Part shown: positions 48,129 to 56,735 of the stretch, piece by piece | Layout of the letters: the number at the start of each line of letters is the position of its first letter | How positions within the stretch are numbered: position 1 is the first letter of the stretch | Assembly (NCBI GenBank): GCA_965195285.1 | Contig: CBDAFS010000049.1 | Location: 18,452 to 82,451 of the forward strand | Length of the DNA: 64,000 bases | From: an uncultured Aminicenantes bacterium | GTDB lineage: Bacteria > Acidobacteriota > Aminicenantia > UBA2199 | Direction: 5' to 3' | Notes under the pieces: generated by a model | The model's database searches: none | What the model was told of the DNA's origin: nothing | What the model saw: only the letters and a program-made list of their open reading frames with translations | Translations under genes and position numbers: made by a program

Positions 48129-49496
48129 TCAATACTTAAATACCACTATTTTCCCCAGATCCATCGAGGTGCCTTCCCGGGAATTAAAGTTACGCACCAT
48201 GGTTCGGTGTCCGTCGGCGAAGGCATAGAATTTTACGGTTTGATTTCTGGGAACATCCAAAATGAAAAATCCCTTGTCGTCACAGCGGGTCACACCATAA
48301 AAAAATTCACCCCGGGTATAACGCTGAACATCCGGGTGAAAAGACATATCTGAGGGTTTCTGGTTAATGATTTTTTCGATGTCGTCAATTTTTATATTCA
48401 ATTGGCGGGCAATATCGTTCGGGTTTTTCCCCTGGTTATGTAGGGAATGAATGACCTTGATGCGAATATAGTGCTGGAGTTCCTGATGCAGGTTTTGAAT
48501 TTGTTCCAGGCTTCGATCGTTTCGGGTCATCAAAATTTCTGCCTGGAGAGGATGCCGGCTATGCGAAGAAACGATCCATCCGGTCAGGTAAATGTGATGA
48601 CGGGTTTCATCCGTATTGTAATCATTTAACAACCACTGAAGGGGGATTTTCTGGGTGTTGAATTCAAACTTGTTACAGGCAATGGTCAGGGCCTTTACCG
48701 CCCAGGTGACCGGGTTGATATAACCCATGTCGGATCCTGCCAGGACCGGCGGAGTGACGGCTGTGGGCACACCGACGATTCCTTTGTTATAAAGGGTGGC
48801 CCCACCGCTGTTTCCCGAGGACATGGCTGCATCGGTTTTAATAAATCCGTCCAGACCGTAAAAACTCCGATTTCGGTAAAAGCCCAGAAATTTTCCCTCG
48901 GTAATGGTGATGGTATCCCCGCCTTTGACCGGGTATCCGATGATGGTGATGGTTTCATTCAGCTTGATGGAAAATGGATTTCCAAATGGGGAATAGGGAA
49001 GATTCCGGGGTTTGACTTTCTTGCCCTTCACTTCTGCATATATTTTGAGCAGGGCCGTATCATGCATTTTATCCAGGCTGATTGGTGTTGCCAGGTATTG
49101 GGTTTCCGGTGCCTTGAGCGGGTCGTTGTCCTTCAAACGGTAGACCAGCATGGAATTGCTGACCCGGGTTCTGACATACAGGCGGTTGATCCGGTTATCA
49201 TATCGATAGACATTGTCCATCATGTAGACATGGTAATTGGTCAGTATCAATCCGTCCGGACTGATGATGGTTCCGGAACCCACCGGGATTTCTTCAATAC
49301 GTTCTTGAATCAGTTCTCCATTATGAATGATCTTTTTGGCTTTGGCATCCACGTTTGGATTTTTGTATATCGATACTTTAACCAGGTGCCCCAGCTGAAC
49401 GTAGGGAGTTACGTCATCGGGAATACTCTCGGCGTTCAACTGAAATCCCGCAAGTATGAAAACAATTGAACAGATAATCTGAGTTTTTTTGAACAT
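48129..49496 (-). CDS. Secreted trypsin-like (S1C) serine protease with C-terminal extension
   Basis: Signal peptide, GSGTII...LTNYHV (His), HDTALL (Asp), TDAAMSSGNSGG (Ser). Confidence 0.85.
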   Translation of the reverse strand: MFKKTQIICSIVFILAGFQLNAESIPDDVTPYVQLGHLVKVSIYKNPNVDAKAKKIIHNGELIQERIEEIPVGSGTIISPDGLILTNYHVYMMDNVYRYDNRINRLYVRTRVSNSMLVYRLKDNDPLKAPETQYLATPISLDKMHDTALLKIYAEVKGKKVKPRNLPYSPFGNPFSIKLNETITIIGYPVKGGDTITITEGKFLGFYRNRSFYGLDGFIKTDAAMSSGNSGGATLYNKGIVGVPTAVTPPVLAGSDMGYINPVTWAVKALTIACNKFEFNTQKIPLQWLLNDYNTDETRHHIYLTGWIVSSHSRHPLQAEILMTRNDRSLEQIQNLHQELQHYIRIKVIHSLHNQGKNPNDIARQLNIKIDDIEKIINQKPSDMSFHPDVQRYTRGEFFYGVTRCDDKGFFILDVPRNQTVKFYAFADGHRTMVRNFNSREGTSMDLGKIVVFKY

Positions 49497-49506
49497 GGTT
49501 ACCTCA

Positions 49507-50910
49507 CTATTTTCCCGTCCAGCTCAGGCCGGATACAATTCTATTGTATTTGATGATTCCGGCCTCGAATTCCGAGCTGGGTGTCGTAAAGGTAAATATA
49601 AAGTGACTGTTTTTAAACGGGATAATATCGGTGATTACTTTGATCAGGGTGGGGAATTCAACCGATTTCAGAGAGGGTGCTTCCAGGTAACTCCAAGCAA
49701 TTCTCTTTCCCCTTTTCTGGCCGATCACTACATTCTGAATCCGCATACTTTCGGTTTTGGGGAATGATATATAGGACATCAGCTGGCTATTATCCAGTTT
49801 GCCGGCATCTTTTTTAACTTCGAGTTTGAGTCGGAAACGGGGGTGCCCGGTATGATTCCGGCTGAAGAGAGTCTCGGTATTGCTGCTGCTCAGATGAAAG
49901 TTCCGGGATAGTCCCTGGAACCCAGGGGATGAAAGTGTATGGGGGTAATTGAAGCTGATTCCGTACTGGGAATTGATATATTGCAGACCCCCGCAACCAT
50001 TAGCGGCAATGACCGATCCGGTGATGAATAGCCCGGCCGTATAAACCAGCATCAATGGTCTGAGCTGAAAATGGTGTCGCCTTGATTTATCCGGCCTGAT
50101 TCTGGTTAATCTCTTCATCTTGAAGGTACAGAAGATCAGAATCAGTATGGTATAGAACATGGTGAAGATAAAGGACAGCCAGAATACCTGGGGAAGGCCG
50201 GCCACAAACAAAAATTCATTGATAACAAAATAGGAGCCCAATAAAAGAATTCCGAGCGTTACCCCCATTACCGAGTACATCTGAAAACTTTTTTTTAAAA
50301 ACTTGGCCTTGCCAATGTAGTGCCCCATCAGAGATCCCACGGCTGAAAAGGCCATCACTTTGGTGGTGATTATATAGGCTATGACAAAAAGCGTATAATC
50401 GGGATGACTCCAAAGTTCCTGAACTGCCTGGGCCACTGCATATCCGGCACCGGTCACTGCCCCGTACACCATACCGTCAACCGGTTCATCAAATTCTTTC
50501 AAAGGCATGATTCCGAAACGTATGAGTCCGAATAATACCAGAGAGAAAACCATAGCTTTTACCAGGAACGATCCCTGGACAAACAGAGACATAGAGGCAT
50601 GAATCCATTCATTTGCCTGATATATGAGATTAACGAGGGGATGGCCGAGCAGGGCCCAGGCTGCCATACCGGCGATAAAAGTGGCAATAATATAGGATAT
50701 GGGTTCGGGTTTTCGGCGATCCTGAAGATAAAAAAACCAGACCCAAACCAAACCGGAAACCAGAGCCATGGAGGCCAGAATAAGGAACCTCAGGCCCTGG
50801 GGTACTCCCAGCCTGGATTCAAAACCCAGCTGGAACATGATGGCTAAAAACAGAAGCTGGAATATTAAATTGAAAATTCCACTTTTGAATGAATTTGTCA
50901 GCTGCATCAA
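49507..50910 (-). CDS. PrsW-family membrane protein lacking catalytic residues, with C-terminal extracytoplasmic (PsbP-like) domain
   Basis: W..FFY.QDR..PEP and EFDEPVDGMVYG..G.G scaffold present. EExxK, EN and His motifs absent. Confidence 0.7.
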   Translation of the reverse strand: MMQLTNSFKSGIFNLIFQLLFLAIMFQLGFESRLGVPQGLRFLILASMALVSGLVWVWFFYLQDRRKPEPISYIIATFIAGMAAWALLGHPLVNLIYQANEWIHASMSLFVQGSFLVKAMVFSLVLFGLIRFGIMPLKEFDEPVDGMVYGAVTGAGYAVAQAVQELWSHPDYTLFVIAYIITTKVMAFSAVGSLMGHYIGKAKFLKKSFQMYSVMGVTLGILLLGSYFVINEFLFVAGLPQVFWLSFIFTMFYTILILIFCTFKMKRLTRIRPDKSRRHHFQLRPLMLVYTAGLFITGSVIAANGCGGLQYINSQYGISFNYPHTLSSPGFQGLSRNFHLSSSNTETLFSRNHTGHPRFRLKLEVKKDAGKLDNSQLMSYISFPKTESMRIQNVVIGQKRGKRIAWSYLEAPSLKSVEFPTLIKVITDIIPFKNSHFIFTFTTPSSEFEAGIIKYNRIVSGLSWTGK

Positions 50911-51038
50911 TTCACCTCCGATGCCGGATTTCCTCCTTTTTTATAGCATATGAAACCAATTTAAGCAATCCAAAAGTTCGGATTGGGGCGGTAGCAATAT
51001 GTTGAGATTAATGATATGATGTAAATCTGGAGACCCGG

Positions 51039-51959
51039 GTGTTCAAATTGAAATCTTTTGCCAAAATCAACCTGGGCCTTGAGGTCATTGGAAAAAGAGA
51101 AGATGGTTATCATGACCTGAAAACCATATTTCAAACCATTGATTTTTTTGATGTATTGAAGTTGGAAGAGAATAAATCCGGAAAAATCAAGATAAGCGGA
51201 AATAACCGGGATGTTGATTGGGGCAGGCAGAATACGGTTTTCAAGGCTTTTCAAACCATTTATGAAAATTATGAGGTCAGCCAGGGATTTACCGTACAGG
51301 TCGAGAAAAATATACCCCCCGGATCCGGTCTTGGCGGAGGCAGCAGCAATGCTGCGGTGATTCTTCTTTTTTTGAATGAATATTTCAGCCTGAATATTAA
51401 GCCGGCGGAGCTGATAGACATGGGTAAAAATATCGGTGCTGATGTGCCTTTTTTTTTCATGGGAGGCACGGTTTTAGGCCAGGGGATAGGGGAGAAGATT
51501 AGAAGAATCAAAGATCTGGAAGAGACCCGGATTGCGATGCTTATTCCCGATATTCAGGTCCCGACCGGATTAATTTTTTCCCGGTTTAGCTTGACATCTG
51601 CTCCATTTGAAAGTAAAATAGATATCTTTTTGAAAACAAGAAATTGGAAAGTTTTTGAGAACAATCTGGAATCAATTACATTTCAATTATTTCCAGAAAT
51701 TCAGAGAATAAAGGAAAAAATGCAGTCCTATGGAAGCGATTTGGTTATGATGAGTGGCAGTGGCTCGACAGTATTTTGCACCACGAAAAATTGTTCACTC
51801 AGCCGCTTGAAGAAAGATTTTCCGGGAATTATTCTCACCAGAACCATTGATTTTAATACTTATCATCATCATATTGGGGCGTGGCCAAGCGGAAAGGCAT
51901 CGGTTTTTGGAGCCGACATTCGGAGGTTCGAATCCTCCCGCCCCAGGAGTAAAATATGA
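51039..51959 (+). CDS. ispE: 4-diphosphocytidyl-2-C-methyl-D-erythritol kinase
   Basis: AKINLGL..GKREDGYH, KNIPPGSGLGGGSSNAA, GADVPFF, MSGSGS. Confidence 0.95.
   Translation: MFKLKSFAKINLGLEVIGKREDGYHDLKTIFQTIDFFDVLKLEENKSGKIKISGNNRDVDWGRQNTVFKAFQTIYENYEVSQGFTVQVEKNIPPGSGLGGGSSNAAVILLFLNEYFSLNIKPAELIDMGKNIGADVPFFFMGGTVLGQGIGEKIRRIKDLEETRIAMLIPDIQVPTGLIFSRFSLTSAPFESKIDIFLKTRNWKVFENNLESITFQLFPEIQRIKEKMQSYGSDLVMMSGSGSTVFCTTKNCSLSRLKKDFPGIILTRTIDFNTYHHHIGAWPSGKASVFGADIRRFESSRPRSKI
51591..51619 (+). promoter_or_regulatory. Sigma70 promoter inside ispE (TTGACA-N17-TAAAAT), probably for tRNA-Gln/prs
   Basis: ttgaca tctgctccatttgaaag taaaat. Confidence 0.65.
51875..51946 (+). tRNA. tRNA-Gln (anticodon TTG), CCA not encoded
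   Basis: Acceptor TGGGGCG/CGCCCCA, D arm GCC/GGC, anticodon stem TCGGT/GCCGA with TTG at 51907-51909, T arm GGAGG-TTCGAAT-CCTCC. Confidence 0.95.
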
Positions 51960-52900
51960 ATAATTCAAAGTATCTGATTTTTGCCGGTTCGTCCAATATT
52001 GAATTGTCCAGTCAGATAGTCGGATATTTGAAGAAGTCACTGGGCCGCTCCAAACTGGGAACTTTTTCCGACGGAGAAATTCGGTTTCAAAGTCATGAAA
52101 ATGTCCGCGGTGCCGATGTATTCATTGTCCAGTCATTCAGTTCAGATATCAATTTTCATATCATGGAACTGTTGTTGATGGCTGATGCCTTCAAACGGGC
52201 TTCCGCCAGGCGTATAACCGCGGTTATCACTTACTATGCCTATGCCCGGCAGGACCGAAAGGATAGACCCCGGGTTGCGATTTCAGCCAGATTGGTTGCC
52301 GAATTATTGGAAACTGCTGGATTCTCAAGGGTTTTGACTATTGATTTGCATGCCAATCAAATTCAGGGTTTTTTTAACGTTCCGGTGGATAACCTGATGG
52401 CCTTGCCCATATTTATATCCCATTTTAAGAAAATGAAGCTCAATAATGCGGTGATTGTCTCCCCGGATGCCGGAGGAGTGGAAAGGGCCCGAGTGTTTTC
52501 TCAAAATTTGAATGCCACACTGGCCATTGCCGATAAGCGAAGACCGGAGCCCAATGTTTCCGAGCTGATGCATATCATAGGTGAGGTCAAAGACAAGGAT
52601 GCCATTATTGTGGATGATATTGTCGATACAGCCGGGACTCTGACCGAAACCGTTAAGGCACTTAAAGAGAAGGGGGCCAAGAAAGTGTATGCTGCTTGTA
52701 CGCATGGAATTTTTTCCGGACAGGCCATAGAAAAAATATCCTCTTCATATATTGATAAAATTTTTATTTCGGATACCATTCCGCAAAACGATGAAAAGTT
52801 GAAATGCGGTAAGATTGAGGTGCTGTCCGTAGCCAAATTGTTTGCCCAGGCTATTGATAGCATTCACAAGGAAACATCGGTTTCGAAACTATTTTTATAA
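51956..52900 (+). CDS. prs: Ribose-phosphate pyrophosphokinase
   Basis: FSDGE, YARQDRK, VSPDAGG, VDDIVDTAGT. Confidence 0.97.
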   Translation: MNNSKYLIFAGSSNIELSSQIVGYLKKSLGRSKLGTFSDGEIRFQSHENVRGADVFIVQSFSSDINFHIMELLLMADAFKRASARRITAVITYYAYARQDRKDRPRVAISARLVAELLETAGFSRVLTIDLHANQIQGFFNVPVDNLMALPIFISHFKKMKLNNAVIVSPDAGGVERARVFSQNLNATLAIADKRRPEPNVSELMHIIGEVKDKDAIIVDDIVDTAGTLTETVKALKEKGAKKVYAACTHGIFSGQAIEKISSSYIDKIFISDTIPQNDEKLKCGKIEVLSVAKLFAQAIDSIHKETSVSKLFL

Positions 52901-52912
52901 ATGAGGTGAGTC

Positions 52913-53623
52913 ATGCAAAATATCATGAATGTTAATGCGGAATCAAGAAAAGAAGTGGGAAAGAAAATTTCCAAAAAGTTGAGAAATCAGGGAAAGATCC
53001 CGGCCATCATTTACGGTGGTGACAGAGAGGCAATCCCGATTTCTCTTCTGTTGAGCGATTTGAAATTGATCCTCAAGACCGAGATGGGTGAAAATACAAT
53101 ACTCAGAATTCATCGGGATGATATCAAGGTGGATGCCATGCTGAAAAAAATCCAGCTCGACCATCTCTCTGAGAAAATCATTCATGCTGACTTTATCCGG
53201 ATAGACCTGACCAAGCCCATTGAGGTCAATGTACCGGTGGTGATCAAAGGGGAATCTGTTGGGGTTAAGCTGGAAGAGGGGATTTTTGATTTTGTTAACC
53301 GGGAGTTGAAAGTCTGGAGTGTCCCGGATAAGATCCCCAAGGCCATCGAAGTGGATATCAGTGATTTGCATGTGGGCCATTCCATAAAAGTTGAAGAATT
53401 GGAACTTGCAGAAGATATTGAATTTCTATCGGATCCCCAGACGGTTATCTGCGCGGTTTCAGCCAAAGGCATGGTTGAAGAAGAAGAAGTGGTTGAAGAA
53501 GAAGTCGAAGAAGAAGCTGAGGCTGCCGAAGGTGAAGCTGAAACCAAGGACAAGGAAGGGAAACCCGAAGTCGAAGAGAAATCCAAAAAGGATCAAACAG
53601 AAGTACCACCTAAAAATGAGTGA
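52913..53623 (+). CDS. rplY: 50S ribosomal protein L25/Ctc
   Basis: IPAIIYG, HADF, Ctc C-domain, acidic tail. Confidence 0.92.
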   Translation: MQNIMNVNAESRKEVGKKISKKLRNQGKIPAIIYGGDREAIPISLLLSDLKLILKTEMGENTILRIHRDDIKVDAMLKKIQLDHLSEKIIHADFIRIDLTKPIEVNVPVVIKGESVGVKLEEGIFDFVNRELKVWSVPDKIPKAIEVDISDLHVGHSIKVEELELAEDIEFLSDPQTVICAVSAKGMVEEEEVVEEEVEEEAEAAEGEAETKDKEGKPEVEEKSKKDQTEVPPKNE

Positions 53624-53649
53624 ACGGTTTGATTTAAGAGACCATACAT

Positions 53650-53706
53650 ACTTCTTGCTCCTCGTGATCGAGGGGCTAATGAAAGAATTCATTATCCGTA
53701 GGAGGT
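53650..53706 (+). ncRNA. Candidate S6:S18 ribosomal protein leader
   Basis: ACTTCTT pairs with SD AGGAGGT and encloses hairpins GCTCCTCG/CGAGGGGC and TAATGAA/TTCATTA, with CCG just before the SD of rpsF. Confidence 0.6.
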
Positions 53707-53712
53707 AAAAAA

Positions 53713-54141
53713 ATGAAATCAAAGTATGAAATCGGATATGTTTTAAATCCGGAAGTAAGTGATGAGAATGTGAAAAAAGTTTCCGATTCCATTCTGGAAA
53801 TTATTAAAAAAGCTGAGGGAGAAGTTGAAAATGTAGACGAGTGGGGGAGAAAACCACTGGCTTATCCCATCCAGAAACACAATGAAGGTATTTTTACTTT
53901 TATCAACACCGATGTTGATGGAAGTGTGATTTCCAATATTGAAAGAAGGTTAAAACTGAGTGAAGAAGTCATGCGGTTTATTGTTTTAAGATTGGATGAT
54001 AAATTGAAAAAGGCCAACAAACTGACCAAACGATGGAAAAAAGCGGAGAGGCATGTCAAAAAATCCAAGGAGTCCGCTACCAGGGAGAAGGAGACTCCGG
54101 AAAAAATAGCCGATAAGAGTGAGGTGAAAGATGAGAAATAA
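53713..54141 (+). CDS. rpsF: 30S ribosomal protein S6
   Basis: YEI..VLNP, WGRKPLAYPI, VMRF. Confidence 0.95.
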   Translation: MKSKYEIGYVLNPEVSDENVKKVSDSILEIIKKAEGEVENVDEWGRKPLAYPIQKHNEGIFTFINTDVDGSVISNIERRLKLSEEVMRFIVLRLDDKLKKANKLTKRWKKAERHVKKSKESATREKETPEKIADKSEVKDEK

Positions 54142-54397
54142 TTACCAATCGGAGGGCAAGTCCCAGAAAAGATACTATTTTACCCGAAAAAAATACTGTT
54201 TGTTTTGCAAGGAAAAAATCAAATTTATTGATTATAAAGATTTTAAAATCCTGGGAAACTATATTTTGGAAACCGGAAAAATTTTACCCGCCCGGGTTTC
54301 CGGAACCTGTGGTTATCATCAGAAGCAACTGACCAAGGCCATCAAAAGGGCCAGGCACATGAGTCTTCTGAAATTTGTAGAACCCAGGAGAGGATAA
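54131..54397 (+). CDS. rpsR: 30S ribosomal protein S18 (Zn-ribbon type)
   Basis: CLFC, IDYKD, GKILPAR..GTC..HQ..L..AIKRAR. Confidence 0.95.
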   Translation: MRNNYQSEGKSQKRYYFTRKKYCLFCKEKIKFIDYKDFKILGNYILETGKILPARVSGTCGYHQKQLTKAIKRARHMSLLKFVEPRRG

Positions 54398-54398
54398 A

Positions 54399-55220
54399 AT
54401 GAAAGTGATATTGAATTCTGATCTGGAGGGTAAGGGAGAACTGGGCGATATTGTTGAGGTTAAACCGGGCTATGCCAGAAATTACCTGCTTCCCAAGCAG
54501 CTGGCTCTACGGGTGACCAAACATAACCTGGAAGTGATGAAGGCCAGAAGGAAAAAAGTTGAGAAGAAGCTGGAAATCGAAAGACTATCCGCCACCGAAC
54601 AGAAACAAAAAATCGAGGAATTAACCCTGACCATTGAAAAAAAGGCCGGAGAAAACGATGTCCTGTTTGGATCGGTTACCACATCTGATATTGAGGATAA
54701 ACTGCAGGAATTGGGAATCACCCTTGATCGGAAAAAGCTTCATCTGGATGAGCAGATCAAGAGACTGGGTCATTATACCTGTAAAATTAAGTTGATGAAG
54801 GGCTTGGATGCGGATTTGAAAATTCAGGTAATCGGGGAGGGTAAACCTCCTGAAGAGCAACAGGAAGCGATTGATGTTACCAAAGAGGAAAAAACAGAAG
54901 AAGCGGCAGACAGTTCTCAGCCGGAAACAGAACCGATAGAAACGGTTGAAGCACAAGATCTACCCGAAGAACAGGAAACAAAAGCCGAGGAAAAAACTCC
55001 CGAATCAGAACCAGAGTCCCTAAAAAGCAAAAAGCAAACTGCCAAAAAAACCGAAAAAAAGAAAAAAATAAAAAAAGAATCTCCTGACAAGGATGATCAA
55101 AACAAGAAGACGGAAGCCAAGGACCAAGAGGAATTGAAGAAAGCAGCTCCGGCCAAGGAAGATGAATCCGTAAATGAAGAAGAGGTTGCAGAAGTAAAGG
55201 ATAATTCTCCCGAAGCCTAA
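54399..55220 (+). CDS. rplI: 50S ribosomal protein L9 with long charged C-terminal extension
   Basis: MKVIL...VKPGYARNYLLP, LFGSVT. About 125 extra E/K-rich residues. Confidence 0.93.
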   Translation: MKVILNSDLEGKGELGDIVEVKPGYARNYLLPKQLALRVTKHNLEVMKARRKKVEKKLEIERLSATEQKQKIEELTLTIEKKAGENDVLFGSVTTSDIEDKLQELGITLDRKKLHLDEQIKRLGHYTCKIKLMKGLDADLKIQVIGEGKPPEEQQEAIDVTKEEKTEEAADSSQPETEPIETVEAQDLPEEQETKAEEKTPESEPESLKSKKQTAKKTEKKKKIKKESPDKDDQNKKTEAKDQEELKKAAPAKEDESVNEEEVAEVKDNSPEA

Positions 55221-56603
55221 ATGCCAGACCGCATCACTCCAGATCTGAACCAGACATTACCGTTTGATGAATTTGCCGAAAGGGCTGTTCTGGGTGCCAT
55301 GTTGTTGGATAACCGGTATGCCAATGAGGTGTTTTCCGCGGTCAATTCCGATGATTTCTACCGGGAATCCCATAAAAACATAGCGGCTGCCATCGATAAG
55401 CTGGTCAATAAAGGCAAGGCCGCAGATACGGTTACCATTTCAGGGTATTTAAAAAAAAAGAATGAATTGAAATTTGCCGGGGGATACGATTATATAAATT
55501 CTCTGATCGACGGAATCCCGGAAAACATCAATATCAGTGAATATATTAAAATTGTTCGTGATCAAGCCGCATTGAGAAAAATCATTTTGACTTCGCTGGG
55601 AGTTATTCAGAAGGGTGTCAACCACAAAGCCGATACCGAAAGCATATTGAATGAACTCCAGGAGGATATTATTAAAATATCCAAGAACCGGGTAATGGGT
55701 GGATTTCATTCCACCTCTGACCTGGTTCCGGAAACCATGGGTTTGATTGAGAGAATTCAAAAACACGGTGAGAACCGGGGGATCCCTACCGGATATATAG
55801 ATCTCGACAATATAACTTCCGGATTTCAGAAAGGGAACCTGATTGTGATTGCGGCCAGGCCTTCCATGGGAAAAACTGCCCTGGCCTTGAATATTGCCGC
55901 AAATATGGCTATCAAAGAGGAAAAATCAATCGGATTTTTTTCAATTGAAATGTCCAAAACCCAGGTTATCATGAGGTTGCTGGCCTTTAAATCGGAAATC
56001 AATTTGAGTGCCCTGATGAGTGCCCGTCCACATCTCAGTCAAAAGGAATGGAAAAAATTAGAACTGGGAGCCGCTGAGTTCGAAAAGGCCAGGCTCTTTA
56101 TCGATGATTCTCCCACCTTATCGATTGTAGAAATGAAAACCAGAGCCAGGCGCCTCAAGAATGAACGGGATCTGGATATCATTTTTGTGGATTACCTTCA
56201 ATTGATGAAAGTATCAGGGGATATGATCCGGAAGAATGATACCCGGGCCCAGGAAGTTGCCATTATAACCGCCGCTTTAAAAGAACTGGCCAAGGAACTG
56301 GATATCCCGGTGGTGGCCTGTGCCCAGTTGAGCCGGGCACCGGAACAGCGGGGAAAGCGAGAGGGACCCAAATATCAATTGTCGGATTTGAAGGAGAGCG
56401 GGGCTATCGAGCAGGATGCCGATCTGGTTATGTTTCTTCATCGGGAAAGGGATGAACATATGGAGGGAGACATAAGCGGAAGCAGTGGGACTGCAGATGT
56501 TATTATTGCCAAACAGAGAAACGGTCCCACCGGAAAGGTTGTCCTGGCCTTTATTGATAAATATACCAAATTCAGCAATTATGACTGGCAATATGAAGAG
56601 TAA
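55221..56603 (+). CDS. dnaB: Replicative DNA helicase
   Basis: AARPSMGKT, FSIEM, VDYLQL, QLSR, DLKESGAIEQDAD, KQRNGPTG. Confidence 0.97.
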   Translation: MPDRITPDLNQTLPFDEFAERAVLGAMLLDNRYANEVFSAVNSDDFYRESHKNIAAAIDKLVNKGKAADTVTISGYLKKKNELKFAGGYDYINSLIDGIPENINISEYIKIVRDQAALRKIILTSLGVIQKGVNHKADTESILNELQEDIIKISKNRVMGGFHSTSDLVPETMGLIERIQKHGENRGIPTGYIDLDNITSGFQKGNLIVIAARPSMGKTALALNIAANMAIKEEKSIGFFSIEMSKTQVIMRLLAFKSEINLSALMSARPHLSQKEWKKLELGAAEFEKARLFIDDSPTLSIVEMKTRARRLKNERDLDIIFVDYLQLMKVSGDMIRKNDTRAQEVAIITAALKELAKELDIPVVACAQLSRAPEQRGKREGPKYQLSDLKESGAIEQDADLVMFLHRERDEHMEGDISGSSGTADVIIAKQRNGPTGKVVLAFIDKYTKFSNYDWQYEE

Positions 56604-56735
56604 GGGAAAGTCATAAACCATTCCGGTTTTTTCCCGTAAAAACCCTCGGGAGGATATTTATGTGGTTTTTCGGCTGTGCCCCCAATAGTGGCGGGGTGAA
56701 CCGGAATTCACGGACCGAAACCGGGTGAAAATGCA

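Noticed and set aside
56604-56735. Possible structured ncRNA between dnaB and the ECF sigma gene
   Set aside because: Some complementarity (ttccggtt/aaccggaa) but no recognisable family motif. It cannot be supported without a covariance search.
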